Of a stretch of 64,000 nucleotides of DNA, positions 1 to 10,077 are shown piece after piece; position 1 is the stretch's first letter; each line of letters begins with the position of its first letter. Source of the stretch: Candidatus Binatia bacterium (GTDB taxonomy: Bacteria; Desulfobacterota; Binatia; UBA9968; CAXXLF01); the NCBI GenBank assembly GCA_963664015.2, contig CAXXLF010000001.1, positions 160,001 to 224,000 of the forward strand, written 5' to 3'. Under the pieces are notes generated by a model, which was not told the DNA's origin, did no database searches, and saw nothing but the letters and a program-made list of their open reading frames with translations. The position numbers and the translations under genes are program-made.

Positions 1-47
1 TCGATCCCTTAATTTGCTTAACTTGCACGCCCCATTGTAGTGGCTCG

Positions 48-806
48 TCATTTGCTGAAGAGATTTTTCAAGGCGCTGCCGACCCCTTCGGTAGCCTTCT
101 TCACCGCCCCCTTGCCCAGGTCGAGGGTCCCTACCGCCTTGGTCGTACTCTGACCCATGGCCCCTATCACCTGCTTGATGACCTCGCCTGGAGTCGCCCC
201 ACCTGATTTTTTGCCGATACCGGTGAGGTGGATCTCGGGTAGCAATGCACTGAGCTTTTGCCCTTGAACTAGGGTTGAACTTACTTTGACCTTTCCGTTA
301 CGAATGTAGAGATGCTCGATAACAAGCTTAGGACCGGCACTCTCGTCCTTGGCCGCGCCCTTCTGCTCATTAGTTTCAGGCTTACCTTTTCCCTTCCCCA
401 GTGAAGCGTCCACATTACGTTGGATTGCAGAAATATTGTTCCCCTGGGGGCCAATTTCATAGGTGACCTCCGGTGCAGAGATGACGACCTCTTTGATAAC
501 GATCGTGTCTTGGGTCACCGTACCTATATCAAGGGCCAGACTAATCTCGCCAAGGCTAAAAGCCCTTTCGCTTTTAAAACCCTGTGGGTTCCCAATGCTC
601 AATCCCCGTAGCGCGCCTTTACCGGAAGTAACCGATACGTCCGCCTCTTTCAGAGTCACTTCCACTTGAGTGAACTCGGATCCGTATTTTTCAACCGCTG
701 CTTTGATAAGGGGATCGAGGGATGAGACAACATAGAAAAGAATCACAACCACAATGAGAACAATGAGCCCCAATGCTCCGCCACCGATTACAAACAAACG
801 TTTCAT
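48..806 (-). CDS. Membrane-anchored AsmA/DUF748-like hypothetical protein
   Basis: N-terminal TM segment followed by a beta-rich domain (LRGLSIGNPQGFKSERAFSLGEI, IVIKEVVISAPEVTYE). GGGAGA RBS precedes ATG at 806. Confidence 0.6.
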   Translation of the reverse strand: MKRLFVIGGGALGLIVLIVVVILFYVVSSLDPLIKAAVEKYGSEFTQVEVTLKEADVSVTSGKGALRGLSIGNPQGFKSERAFSLGEISLALDIGTVTQDTIVIKEVVISAPEVTYEIGPQGNNISAIQRNVDASLGKGKGKPETNEQKGAAKDESAGPKLVIEHLYIRNGKVKVSSTLVQGQKLSALLPEIHLTGIGKKSGGATPGEVIKQVIGAMGQSTTKAVGTLDLGKGAVKKATEGVGSALKNLFSK

Positions 807-1039
807 GGCAGGTTTTCTCCCAAATTGATTGTCATGCAAATCCTTACAGAGATTCTATTCAAAAACCAATCTTTTTATTTGCCCAAACACTACCGAACGA
901 GGCCTAAAATACCTACCATGGATCCGGAGCAAATTCTAGTTTCTAGACCTGTGGCCAATGGGTGGTCCTCGGGCTTGCGCGGTTACCCGGAATGATGTTT
1001 AAGAGGATCTATGATCTTAACCGATGGAGGTGAACCTTC

Positions 1040-2176
1040 ATGTCTGATTCGATCAAAGAGAAATTTTGTTCTGTTCTTTTTACTACAGGTCTGATCCTGT
1101 GCTTTTCTCTTGGATTATTACGATACGCCAACGCCGGCTGGAAGGATGAATGGGAACAAACTCCGAAAGCAGCTCAACACGAGGGGAAGCTGACCTTTTA
1201 CAGTAGCAGTGCCTACGAGCAGCGCTTTCAATACTTTCAGAAGAAGTATCCGCGCATAAGAGTCAGCAGCTGGCCTGGACTTGGGAGCCAAAATGGAGCG
1301 CGTATCATGGCGGAACGGCGCGCCGGGAAGCAACTTGCGGATCTCTGGATTAACGGAATCGTCACAGCCAACCGCGTGCTGCATCGAGCAAGGATCGTAG
1401 ACCCCATAGCTCCCGCACTGATCCTCCCCGAGGTTTTGGATCAATCCCGATGGTGGCAAGGGAAACACCATTACTCGGACGTGGAGAAGAAATACATCTT
1501 TGTCTTCCAGGGTAACGTCCACGGCGGAGAGAACGCCTACAACACACGGCTCATCGATCCCAAGCAGTTTGATTCTTACTGGGACTTCCTGGAACCTAAA
1601 TGGAAAGGAAAGATTCTCGCCTTTGATCCCAAACAGGTCAGTACGGTAGCCCATAGTTTGCGCTTCTTCTACAATAACCCGAAGCTCGGCCCCAAGTTTG
1701 TCGATCGATTCCTCGGCCAAGCAGACCTGGTTTATTCCAGAGACAACCGTCAGATGGTCGACTGGTTCAGAGTGGGAGAATTCCCTCTCGCATTTTTCAT
1801 TGGCGGGGTCGAGGAAGCGGCACAAAAAAGCCTTCCCATAAGGGACTTTGAGCCGACGAGCTTTAAGGAAGGTGCCTTTGTCGGCCCGACCTAAGGGGCT
1901 GTTGCGATATTCAATAAGGCCCCACACCCCAATGCCGCCAAGGTCGCCATCAAGTGGCTTCTCTCTCGAGAGGGCCAGATTGCTTTTCAAAGGGTCCGGT
2001 TGGAAAGCGGTCAACCGGATGGATCCATGAGGGAGGATATTCCCAAGGACGCAATTCCCGGGGCCAACCGCCGGATCAAAGGAGGCCTATATCTCATTTC
2101 CGGTCGCGCCGATTGGATTATGGGCAGGTCGGAACTCACGAAAGTGCTCAACCGGGCCATGAGACGAAAACGTTAG
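1040..2176 (+). pseudogene. Extracellular solute-binding protein (Fe3+/thiamine/2-AEP-like cluster) interrupted by one in-frame TAA at 1892-1894
   Basis: Signal peptide and GGAGG RBS. After TAA the same frame continues GAVAIFNKAPHPNAAKVAIKWLLSREGQ...RAMRRKR to TAG at 2174-2176, matching the C-terminus of the paralog ending at 7041. Confidence 0.8.
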
Positions 2177-2236
2177 GCCAAGTTTACGCTCAGCATCGGC
2201 CCACTCTACACAAAGAGGGCTTCGTGGAACTTTGGG

Positions 2237-3694
2237 CTAATCCTCCGGGAACGGCAATATAGATTTGTACTTCTCCACCATCTTCATCCGCAGCTCCCGC
2301 GGGCTCCGACTCACCTTGGGGAATGTGTCCTTTCGGTGGAATGGACGCACTGCATAGAAGAGGGCCAGCGAGTTAGTATAATCACCGGAATCTCGCTTTT
2401 CAGGGGGCATTAACGGATCCAGCGGCGTGCTCCAACAACTATCCAGAATTTCAATATCCTTGGAAGGCTCCGCCCGAGTCGTCATAGCCCAGAGGACTTC
2501 CCTAAAATTCGTCGGGTCGATATCATCGTCCACCACCACAATCCATCGACCGTTGCGCGTCACGGCCGCCACCGCCCGGGCCGCCTGTTGTGCGTGCCCA
2601 GGGTAGCGTTGTTTGATGGCAACGACGCGAATGTACCCCATGTGGCTTCCCACCGCGACGACATCTTGAATCCCGGCCCTTGTCAGATCCGCAATGCCAC
2701 CACGGCCGGCTCCACCGGATAGACCACCCAAACGCGCCCCAGGCCACATGGGGGCATCCCCCTGGATGATCGGGTTGTTTCGGTGATAAATGGCCTTCAC
2801 TCGAATCACCGGCTGCGCCTCTCCGGTACCGATGGTTCCACCGGAGTAATACCCTGGCCATTCTCCAAAGAGACCTTCGTCTCTCGATTGCTCCTTGGGA
2901 GGAGGCACCTCTCCCTCGATGGCAATCTCCGCATGGGCAGGAATCGGCAGCCCCGTAATAGGCCCCTTGATGACCTCCAGAGGGCGGCCACGAAGCCCGC
3001 CAATATGTTCCAGTTCCGAATGTCCAAATGGGATCTTGCTATGGGAAATCATGAAGCTGATGGGGTCTTCGCCAAACACGGCAACGACAGGACAGCTCTT
3101 ACCCTGATCCCAGTAACGCTGACAGATCTGCCTTCCATGCTGGCCGGGACTCATCCATAAACCCAGCAAATTGGGTTCATGCACCTGCATGCGGTAGGTC
3201 CCTACATTGATGTAGCCGCTTTCGGGATCCCGATTGATCAAGGAATCTCCTGTCCCTATGTAACGGCCCCCGTCCATAGCGTGAAAACGAGGAACGGGGA
3301 AACGAAACAAATCGGCACTATCCCCGGTCATGACATTTTCCATAACCGGCCCCGTAGGAACTTCAACGGGGGGTATGGGTTTCACGTCCTTTAACTTATC
3401 CGACATCAATTGATTCAGTTCTGCTCTCGACTTATGCAATGGAAGACCTAGCGCCAAGGCGGCCCTTTTATAGGAGGCCATCAAGAGACCCACAACACGA
3501 AATCCGGCAGGGTACCCCTTGATGCGATCAAACAAGAGCATGGGAGGATCGGAAATTTGTTCCGCAGTCACCTCGCGAAGAGCTCCGATCTCCTCATTCC
3601 AATCCGCCTCTTGAATGTCACGCCATTCATCAACCTGTTTGCAGGCCTCCACGAATTCCTGAAGACTGTCGAACGACTTCCATTCCATCTCCAT
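2237..3694 (-). CDS. UbiD family prFMN-dependent (de)carboxylase
   Basis: DGGRYIGT, NVGTYRMQV, AEIAIEG, EGLFGEWPGYY, VVDDDIDP and VLWAMTTR motifs. Confidence 0.9.
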   Translation of the reverse strand: MEMEWKSFDSLQEFVEACKQVDEWRDIQEADWNEEIGALREVTAEQISDPPMLLFDRIKGYPAGFRVVGLLMASYKRAALALGLPLHKSRAELNQLMSDKLKDVKPIPPVEVPTGPVMENVMTGDSADLFRFPVPRFHAMDGGRYIGTGDSLINRDPESGYINVGTYRMQVHEPNLLGLWMSPGQHGRQICQRYWDQGKSCPVVAVFGEDPISFMISHSKIPFGHSELEHIGGLRGRPLEVIKGPITGLPIPAHAEIAIEGEVPPPKEQSRDEGLFGEWPGYYSGGTIGTGEAQPVIRVKAIYHRNNPIIQGDAPMWPGARLGGLSGGAGRGGIADLTRAGIQDVVAVGSHMGYIRVVAIKQRYPGHAQQAARAVAAVTRNGRWIVVVDDDIDPTNFREVLWAMTTRAEPSKDIEILDSCWSTPLDPLMPPEKRDSGDYTNSLALFYAVRPFHRKDTFPKVSRSPRELRMKMVEKYKSILPFPED

Positions 3695-3808
3695 TGAGGT
3701 GCCCCCTTTTTAGACTAGCTTTTCATCCAGCTTGACTCTTATGGTAGGTGAAAGGTGCAGGCGCTTTCATGAGCTGTTCAAATAGTTTAACTGGCCGTGG
3801 TCGAACAT

Positions 3809-3835
3809 GGCAATCTGGGCAATCTGGGAAATCTG
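3809..3835. repeat. 9-bp tandem repeat x3 (GGCAATCTG GGCAATCTG GGAAATCTG)
   Basis: Read directly in the intergenic region upstream of the UbiD gene. Confidence 0.6.
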
Positions 3836-3864
3836 GCGACTTGGGGTTCATTCTTCGCTGGCCC

Positions 3865-4149
3865 CTACCTGAGCAGCCCCTCATCCGTTTCCTCCGCAAC
3901 CTCCAGCTGGTGCAACGGGCGTAAGACTCCCGCTTCGTCCCATTGACATTTTCGCTGCTCCATCACGTTGGAGAGTTCGAAGATGACAACGCGACCGTTT
4001 GTGGAGTCATTAACCAATCGCAATGATCGTCCCCCCAGATCCACATCGAACTCCCCGTCCTCGCCTCGCTCAAGGTTATTCAGGGCTTGAACCAGAAGCA
4101 GACCGATTTGCGCGACATCAATCTCATCCCAACGTTTTATCCGCTCCAT
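3865..4149 (-). CDS. Small acidic hypothetical protein (94 aa)
   Basis: Fills an otherwise empty interval. Strong GAGGAGGGGG RBS before ATG. Confidence 0.6.
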   Translation of the reverse strand: MERIKRWDEIDVAQIGLLLVQALNNLERGEDGEFDVDLGGRSLRLVNDSTNGRVVIFELSNVMEQRKCQWDEAGVLRPLHQLEVAEETDEGLLR

Positions 4150-4504
4150 AAGACCCCCTCCTCAAGGCTTTGCTGACAGTTATAGTATTCGATAAGTAGC
4201 AACAGAACCAATCACTTAATCAAAATAACCTAATGCAATGAGTGATATTCAAAAACTTCGTTCCGACGCTTTTCATATCATACTACCGATCTCTGTCAAG
4301 ATGTCCTAGATCCCTCCACCATTGATGACATCGCCTTAACCCATTGACATGGTTAAATCACTCTACTAGAGCTACTCGTAGGGCTCGGTGGATTTTAAAC
4401 GAACGTCTGTGACGGTCAAGATATTTAGTACCTGCTTAACGGCACAGCCGATCGCCACTCCAACCTATACAAAAAACCTTTAGCGACTAAATCGAACTAA
4501 AATC

Positions 4505-5686
4505 ATGCTCTCAAGGGAAGAAAACGATCTACTCACTCGAGTGGGTCCCGAAACGCCCATGGGTAATCTTCTTCGACGCTATTGGATCCCTGCTCTTTTA
4601 TGCAGAGAGATTCCTTCCGGTGATTGCCCTCCGGTCCAAGTCAAGCTCTTAGGGGAAAGCCTGGTTGCGTTTCGAAACAGCCAGGGAAGAGTCGGTCTCT
4701 TGGCAGAAAACTGTTCCCATCGGGGGACATCTCTCCTCTATGGTCGAAACGAGGAATGCGGGTTACGGTGTATCTACCATGGGTGGAAATATGACGTAAA
4801 CGGTGCCATCATCGATACTCCAGCGGAACCACCAGACAGCGATTTCAAAAGGAGGCTTCGCCACCCGGCCTATCCAACCATGGAAAGGGCCGGAATCGTA
4901 TTTGCTTATTTGGGCCCCCCGCAAGAGATGCCGCTTCTACCCGAATACCAATGGACCCGACTCCCCGAAGGCCAATCCTATGTGACCAAATCTCTGCAGG
5001 AGTGCAACTACCTGCAAGGACTCGAAGGGGACTGCGATTCGAGCCACCTGTCTTATCTGCACCGGGATCTCGGTCCGGAACTCTACCGGAAGGATGCGGC
5101 ACCTACTCTGCACACAGAGGAAACCGAATTCGGCGTGCGGATGGTGTCCATCCGCAAGGCCGCTCCCGACAAGGCCTATGTCCGGATCACTAATTTTATC
5201 CTACCAACCATTGGCCACGTATCCGCCCATTCGAATCTAGTCCATTACTGGGTCCCCATAGACGACACCCACACGTGGGAGTACCACATGACTTTTAACA
5301 GTGAGCGGCTATTGCGCCCAGAAGAGACCCTTCGCTTGAACATCGGTCCAGACTTTCTCAAGTCACGCAATAGCACCAACCATTATCTTCAAGATAGGCA
5401 GCTTCAAAACACCGGCAATTTTACCGGCATTGAGGGGTTTTTGGCCCAGGACTCTTGCGTTACGGAAAGCATGGGATCCATCTATGATCGAACCAAGGAA
5501 CATTTGGGGGCCAGTGACAAGAGCGTGATTGCCATACGGCAGTCTCTCATGGGGGCCTTGAAGTCTCTAGACGACGGTAAAGATCCACCCGGTATCTTTA
5601 GAGATCCTGAAAATATAAGCCAACATGTGATATCCAGGGGTGCCGTTATCCCCGCAGGATCATCCTGGAGACAACTTCTCGAATAA
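4505..5686 (+). CDS. Rieske non-heme iron oxygenase alpha subunit (phthalate dioxygenase/LigXa-like)
   Basis: MLSREENDLLTRVGP N-terminus, CSHRG...CIYHGW Rieske motif, DSSHLSYLH mononuclear Fe motif, AQD. Confidence 0.92.
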   Translation: MLSREENDLLTRVGPETPMGNLLRRYWIPALLCREIPSGDCPPVQVKLLGESLVAFRNSQGRVGLLAENCSHRGTSLLYGRNEECGLRCIYHGWKYDVNGAIIDTPAEPPDSDFKRRLRHPAYPTMERAGIVFAYLGPPQEMPLLPEYQWTRLPEGQSYVTKSLQECNYLQGLEGDCDSSHLSYLHRDLGPELYRKDAAPTLHTEETEFGVRMVSIRKAAPDKAYVRITNFILPTIGHVSAHSNLVHYWVPIDDTHTWEYHMTFNSERLLRPEETLRLNIGPDFLKSRNSTNHYLQDRQLQNTGNFTGIEGFLAQDSCVTESMGSIYDRTKEHLGASDKSVIAIRQSLMGALKSLDDGKDPPGIFRDPENISQHVISRGAVIPAGSSWRQLLE

Positions 5687-5912
5687 CAGAGCCATAAGAA
5701 CCGATTAGCAGCACTCACGACCGGGTAGAAAAAAATAGAGGTTCACTGAATTCAAACGAGGGATCCAAGGAAAAGCTCAAAGGACCTCAAAAAAGCGGTA
5801 AATGAGGCCAGGACCATCAAATAATCAGCCTGGATGACTTGACCTGCAGGCAAGATAAGTTGTAGAAGCTCTTTAATCTTAAATTATGAGATATCTAGAG
5901 GAGGAATATCCT

Positions 5913-7041
5913 ATGGTACTAAGAAAGAATTCAACCCTATCCATCCTAGGGACGTTGGCCTTTGTCCTTTTTTTTCGCCGCCGTGGGACTGGCACAATCC
6001 AAGTGGGATCAGACGGTTGCAGCAGCAAAGAAGGAAGGTCGGATCACGATCTACGGGGGAGAGGAAATTACCCATCCGGCCATCTTAGCCGCTTTTAATA
6101 AACGATATCCCGATATCAAGGTTATCACTGCCTCGGGTCATTCCGAAATCATACAACGTGTCATTGCAGAGCGGCGGGCTAGTAAATTTCTCGTGGACCT
6201 TTACTCACTTGGCCCCGGTTCCGTCCGAACGGCCTACTTGGCGAACATTCTCCAGCCGATCCGTCCCACGCTGATGTTGCCAGAGGTTCTAGACACGTCC
6301 AACTGGTACGGGGGTAAGCATGTTTATGGGGACCCGAAAAATAAATACATATTCGTTTACGAAGGAACCCCAGCCAGTACGAGCATGACTTACAATTCAA
6401 AGAAACTCACCGATTTTAGCGAGATTAGCTCCTATTGGGACGTCTTAAAGCCCCGCTGGAGGGGCAAGATCGGATTCTACAGCTATGGTCGAGGCGGATC
6501 GGTCCCGACTCCGATGCTTGTACTATATTACAATCCGTTGGTGGGCCGTAAATTTTTAAAGCGACTGCTTGAAGAGATGGACCTAATCATATCACGCGAC
6601 AGACGCCAGGCAACCAACTGGCTTGCGAGGGGAAAATATACCCTGTGCTTTATGTGCAGGGACACTGAGCGGGCCAAAAGGCAGGGACTGCCAGTGGATA
6701 CCATCCCCCCCGACAATATCAAAGAAGCAGGCGCACTTGGTGCCGGTAACAGCAGTGTGCTTGCCTACCTAAAGAATGCTCCCCACCCTAATGCATCCAC
6801 GGTCTTTATTAACTGGTTCCTCTCCCGTGAGGGGCAGGCCACCTGGCAAAGAGTGATGAACACCATCGTGGTGGAAGAATCGGATTCCATGAGGATCGAC
6901 ATCGCCAAGGATAATGTTATTTCATCGGGGCGAAGAGTGAAAGGCAGGCAGTACCCCCTATTGGACTTTCTCGATCCGAGACCGGTAAAGAAATTTTATA
7001 CTAAACTGGTAACGGACGCACGGAAACGATCAGCAAAATAG
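5913..7041 (+). CDS. Extracellular solute-binding protein with a +1 frameshift in a T8 run (5968-5975) inside the signal peptide
   Basis: GAGGAGG RBS and ATG at 5913. Removing one T gives MVLRKNSTLSILGTLAFVLFFAAVGLA|QSKWDQTVAAAKKEG. APHPNA motif present. Confidence 0.8.
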
Positions 7042-7215
7042 TCGCCCTTAAAGACGGAAGAGAGAGAAAAATCGCGGGGACACAACCAATGGGACTTCCA
7101 AACGGGAGAAGCCATAGCCCTTCCCCCATAGGTCGTCTCATGAAAAGACCACTTGGATTCAATCTCCGTGGTCGATATTACTTGGTCGCCTGAGAGCTAT
7201 AGGGACGTTCGGTCC

Positions 7216-7491
7216 CTACGCCCTTTGGAAATCTTTGGGGAATTGGTTCAAACTGACTAGCCCGATTATAACGATGCCACAGATCCCGTACGGGACATGT
7301 GATCTCTCAGAGAATCCGTAGGAAACTGAAATGAAATTTTTGAATCCCCAATAAAAAATAAATCCGAAGGTCATAATCAAACCAGACTTGTGTAATCCCA
7401 TTAGAACATAGACACTAATAAGAAAAGCGAGAAAGAAAGCCTCCCAAGGGGCGATCGACAAGGTGTTTAATAAAGTTAAAAACTCATCCAT
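7216..7491 (-). CDS. Small integral membrane hypothetical protein
   Basis: Three hydrophobic stretches and a GGAGG RBS. Confidence 0.6.
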   Translation of the reverse strand: MDEFLTLLNTLSIAPWEAFFLAFLISVYVLMGLHKSGLIMTFGFIFYWGFKNFISVSYGFSERSHVPYGICGIVIIGLVSLNQFPKDFQRA

Positions 7492-7542
7492 GGTAATCCT
7501 CCGCGCCCTAGAACTTCAAAGTCAATCGTTTTCTTTTTCCTG

Positions 7543-8039
7543 TTACATAGTGGGAAGAATGATATAGACATCGTCCGAATCATAGGCATTAGAGCCCAGC
7601 TTATTGGGAGCGAAGGAACCCACCACTAGGTAATCGACTCCCGCGATGTTATAGTCCGGATCGAAAAAATAGTCGTTCCCCCAAGGGTCCTTTTTGATCA
7701 GGGGAAAATAAGGTCCCCTCCAGTTTGGAAAGCTACTGGCCGCGATAATTCCGGCGTTTGACGAATTGAGGCCCCACACTTATCCGTTTGAAACGATACC
7801 TATTAGATTTGGACCAGGCCATTGCTCGGTATCAGTTGCTAGGACTTGTATTGCGGTTTGCAAGCCCTTCAAGTCGGACTGGGCTTGGGCCACTTTGCCC
7901 TTTTCCCTGAATTGGGAATAGGCCGGAATAGCTATCGCCACCAGAATCGCAACGATGGCCACACTGACCATCAGTTCGATTAGTGTGAATCCACCGTCAC
8001 TTTTACGATAAGCCCTTTGCTAGTTGCTCGATTATTCAT
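7543..8039 (-). pseudogene. Type II secretion pseudopilin GspG-like / type IV prepilin, with a frameshifted leader and in-frame TAA at 7780-7782
   Basis: G|FTLIELMVSVAIVAILVAIAIP prepilin motif. After the stop the same frame gives WRGPY...KDPWGNDY (T2SS G domain). ATG at 8039 is out of frame with the motif. Confidence 0.8.
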
Positions 8040-8072
8040 GATCGACCTTTCGAGAATCTCTATACGGAATGA

Positions 8073-8089
8073 AGCAAGCATCGTGCCCA
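8073..8089 (-). promoter_or_regulatory. sigma54 (-24/-12) promoter of the pilin/pseudopilin gene
   Basis: Minus strand TGGGCACGATGCTTGCT = GG-N10-GC, close to the TGGCACG-N4-TTGC consensus, about 33 bp upstream of the ATG. Confidence 0.7.
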
Positions 8090-8219
8090 CACCTTAACCC
8101 ACTGAAATGGTGAGCTTTTCACACTGAAGGGAGACCCAGAAATGGACTGATATCTCAATTTGTCCCTGCCCAAGGCTGGAAATTAGCTGGCGTCTCAGGG
8201 GATTATCGGGTCCGGACAG

Positions 8220-8732
8220 TCAGATTAGACGGTGTTTATCTGGCGACCGGTTCAATAGAGAGACTAGGCGATAAGGCCGAAAATCTTCACGAATTCCATA
8301 GGTAGCTTCCGCGGCAAAGCGCCTAAAAATAAACCGTTGCTTGTTGCCGCCGTAACTGACGATCTGATCTACCGATCTAAATACACGGTCTCGAGGACCG
8401 TCGATTTTTATAAGAACTGGATTGGGTTGAAATTTCGTCTTCCACTTGACGAGGAGAGTCAGACTGGGAGGATACCGCACGTGAATCAACTTCACGAACT
8501 CGTAGAGGTGCAGGAATTCTCCGCTCTGAACAATATTGTAGAATGTCTCATGACATTTGGATAGCCCTGTTTCCCCCAATCGAGCAGCTTTTTCACCGCG
8601 GGGATTATCGATGAACATGTATCGGCACTCCTTGACGACTTTCTCCTTTCCCAACGTGGCGCAGGAGGCCATGCTAAGGAAGAGGACAAACACCAAGGAC
8701 AATATCGCTCTTGTAAAGGAAGGTTTAAGCAT
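8220..8732 (-). CDS. Putative lipoprotein, hypothetical
   Basis: Hydrophobic N-terminus ending in MASC (lipobox-like). Confidence 0.55.
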   Translation of the reverse strand: MLKPSFTRAILSLVFVLFLSMASCATLGKEKVVKECRYMFIDNPRGEKAARLGETGLSKCHETFYNIVQSGEFLHLYEFVKLIHVRYPPSLTLLVKWKTKFQPNPVLIKIDGPRDRVFRSVDQIVSYGGNKQRFIFRRFAAEATYGIREDFRPYRLVSLLNRSPDKHRLI

Positions 8733-8930
8733 GAAACCGTGTTATTAGACGCATCCCAACGAGCAACTTAACTACCCGTGTACACCGGTGAGCAAATTGG
8801 CTTCGCCCTACTAGTTAACTCTCATTGAGTGATACTGAGATTAACACGACCTGTTCGGTTGCGGCTCGTAAATTCGTAAGAAGCCCGTCCGACCGAGTCG
8901 GCCTGAAATCAGGGCATGGGTTCGACATGC

Positions 8931-9995
8931 CTATTGGCTAGTCACGTTGTTGAGAAACAACACAATGGCTTTATCCGAGTTGAAGATGTAGGTCTCCGAG
9001 AATGCCAACACCTGGGGCGTTTTACCCTCCATAGCTCCGGCCAAGCACACCCAGTTGAGCATCTCGTGCTGACCCGATTGGAGCATCTGATTGGGATCGA
9101 TTTGTCGCCACCTTTTCAACTCCCCTGCCTTTAACTCGCCGAGCCGTTCCCGATCGGCTTCGATATCGGGGTACATAAAGTGATGCTTGGCCGTCAAAGA
9201 GCCGTGTGACCAGCTTGACGAACCTATCATGGCAACGCGCCATGGACTATCCTGAATGATTCGAGATATTTGAACGCCCAGATCATAGCATCGCCAGGGT
9301 GGTGGGGACGGGGGTGGCATAAGGTTCAGCCCTTGGGGGCCTTGGATGCGTCCTGCGGGTACTCGCAAATTGCTCCCATAACAGTTCACATGGAAGGGCA
9401 CGATGGGATAGTCAAATCCCTTACGGTCGTAGTCCAGGTACAACACGGTCCTCAAAAATGCATGACCCAATTCTTTAGCATGACGTAAGCCATGGGACCA
9501 GGCCACGTCAAAGCCATTACCGATTAGGTTCCGGGCCAAAAAGTCCCCTCCCTCAGCGTGGCATTTAACGCGGATCACTTTATCGGCAGGCTCTTCCCAA
9601 ACATTCTTTACGGCTCCCAACCCTTTGCTCTTCTTGAAGAGTGGAGAATCTATCTCATTCATAACGTAAACACAGAACGGCGTTAATAGATCCTCACGGA
9701 AATTTTCGTACTGGTCATCACCCCAGATCAAAACGAAATCCGGATCGAAAGCGTCCAGGGCTTCCCTGACTGCGCGAAGCCCCCTAACCTGCTCCGAGCG
9801 GTGTTTACCGGCTGAGGCAAGGCCTTCGTCCTCACCCCACTCTTCCCGCATCCCGGCGGGCCAATTCTTGGGATCCCTCATCTTTTCCGGTGTCTGGTCG
9901 CTGGTCATCAAACGCCGAACAATGTTTGCCATATTCGCATCCGTAAACTGTAGATGTGGGGCATGGCTCATGCCGATACCAAGGACCTCTCCCAT
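8931..9995 (-). CDS. Class III extradiol ring-cleavage dioxygenase beta-like (LigB/DesZ-like)
   Basis: GMSHAP, GDDQYENF, GHAF, SSSWSH and HEMLNW motifs. Confidence 0.85.
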   Translation of the reverse strand: MGEVLGIGMSHAPHLQFTDANMANIVRRLMTSDQTPEKMRDPKNWPAGMREEWGEDEGLASAGKHRSEQVRGLRAVREALDAFDPDFVLIWGDDQYENFREDLLTPFCVYVMNEIDSPLFKKSKGLGAVKNVWEEPADKVIRVKCHAEGGDFLARNLIGNGFDVAWSHGLRHAKELGHAFLRTVLYLDYDRKGFDYPIVPFHVNCYGSNLRVPAGRIQGPQGLNLMPPPSPPPWRCYDLGVQISRIIQDSPWRVAMIGSSSWSHGSLTAKHHFMYPDIEADRERLGELKAGELKRWRQIDPNQMLQSGQHEMLNWVCLAGAMEGKTPQVLAFSETYIFNSDKAIVLFLNNVTSQ

Positions 9996-10077
9996 TTTTT
10001 TGCTCCTTTATACTGAAGTCCCGCCCGGACTCCTGCTAGCTCGAGTTTCAACAGACCCTATCAGCCGTTTGATTTGA

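Noticed and set aside
1892-7782. TAA recoding or readthrough (two genes with in-frame TAA followed by G)
   Set aside because: TAA terminates intact genes normally in this window (e.g. 5684-5686, 26844-26846, 57678-57680), and the pilin has a second lesion. Ordinary nonsense mutations or base errors are simpler.
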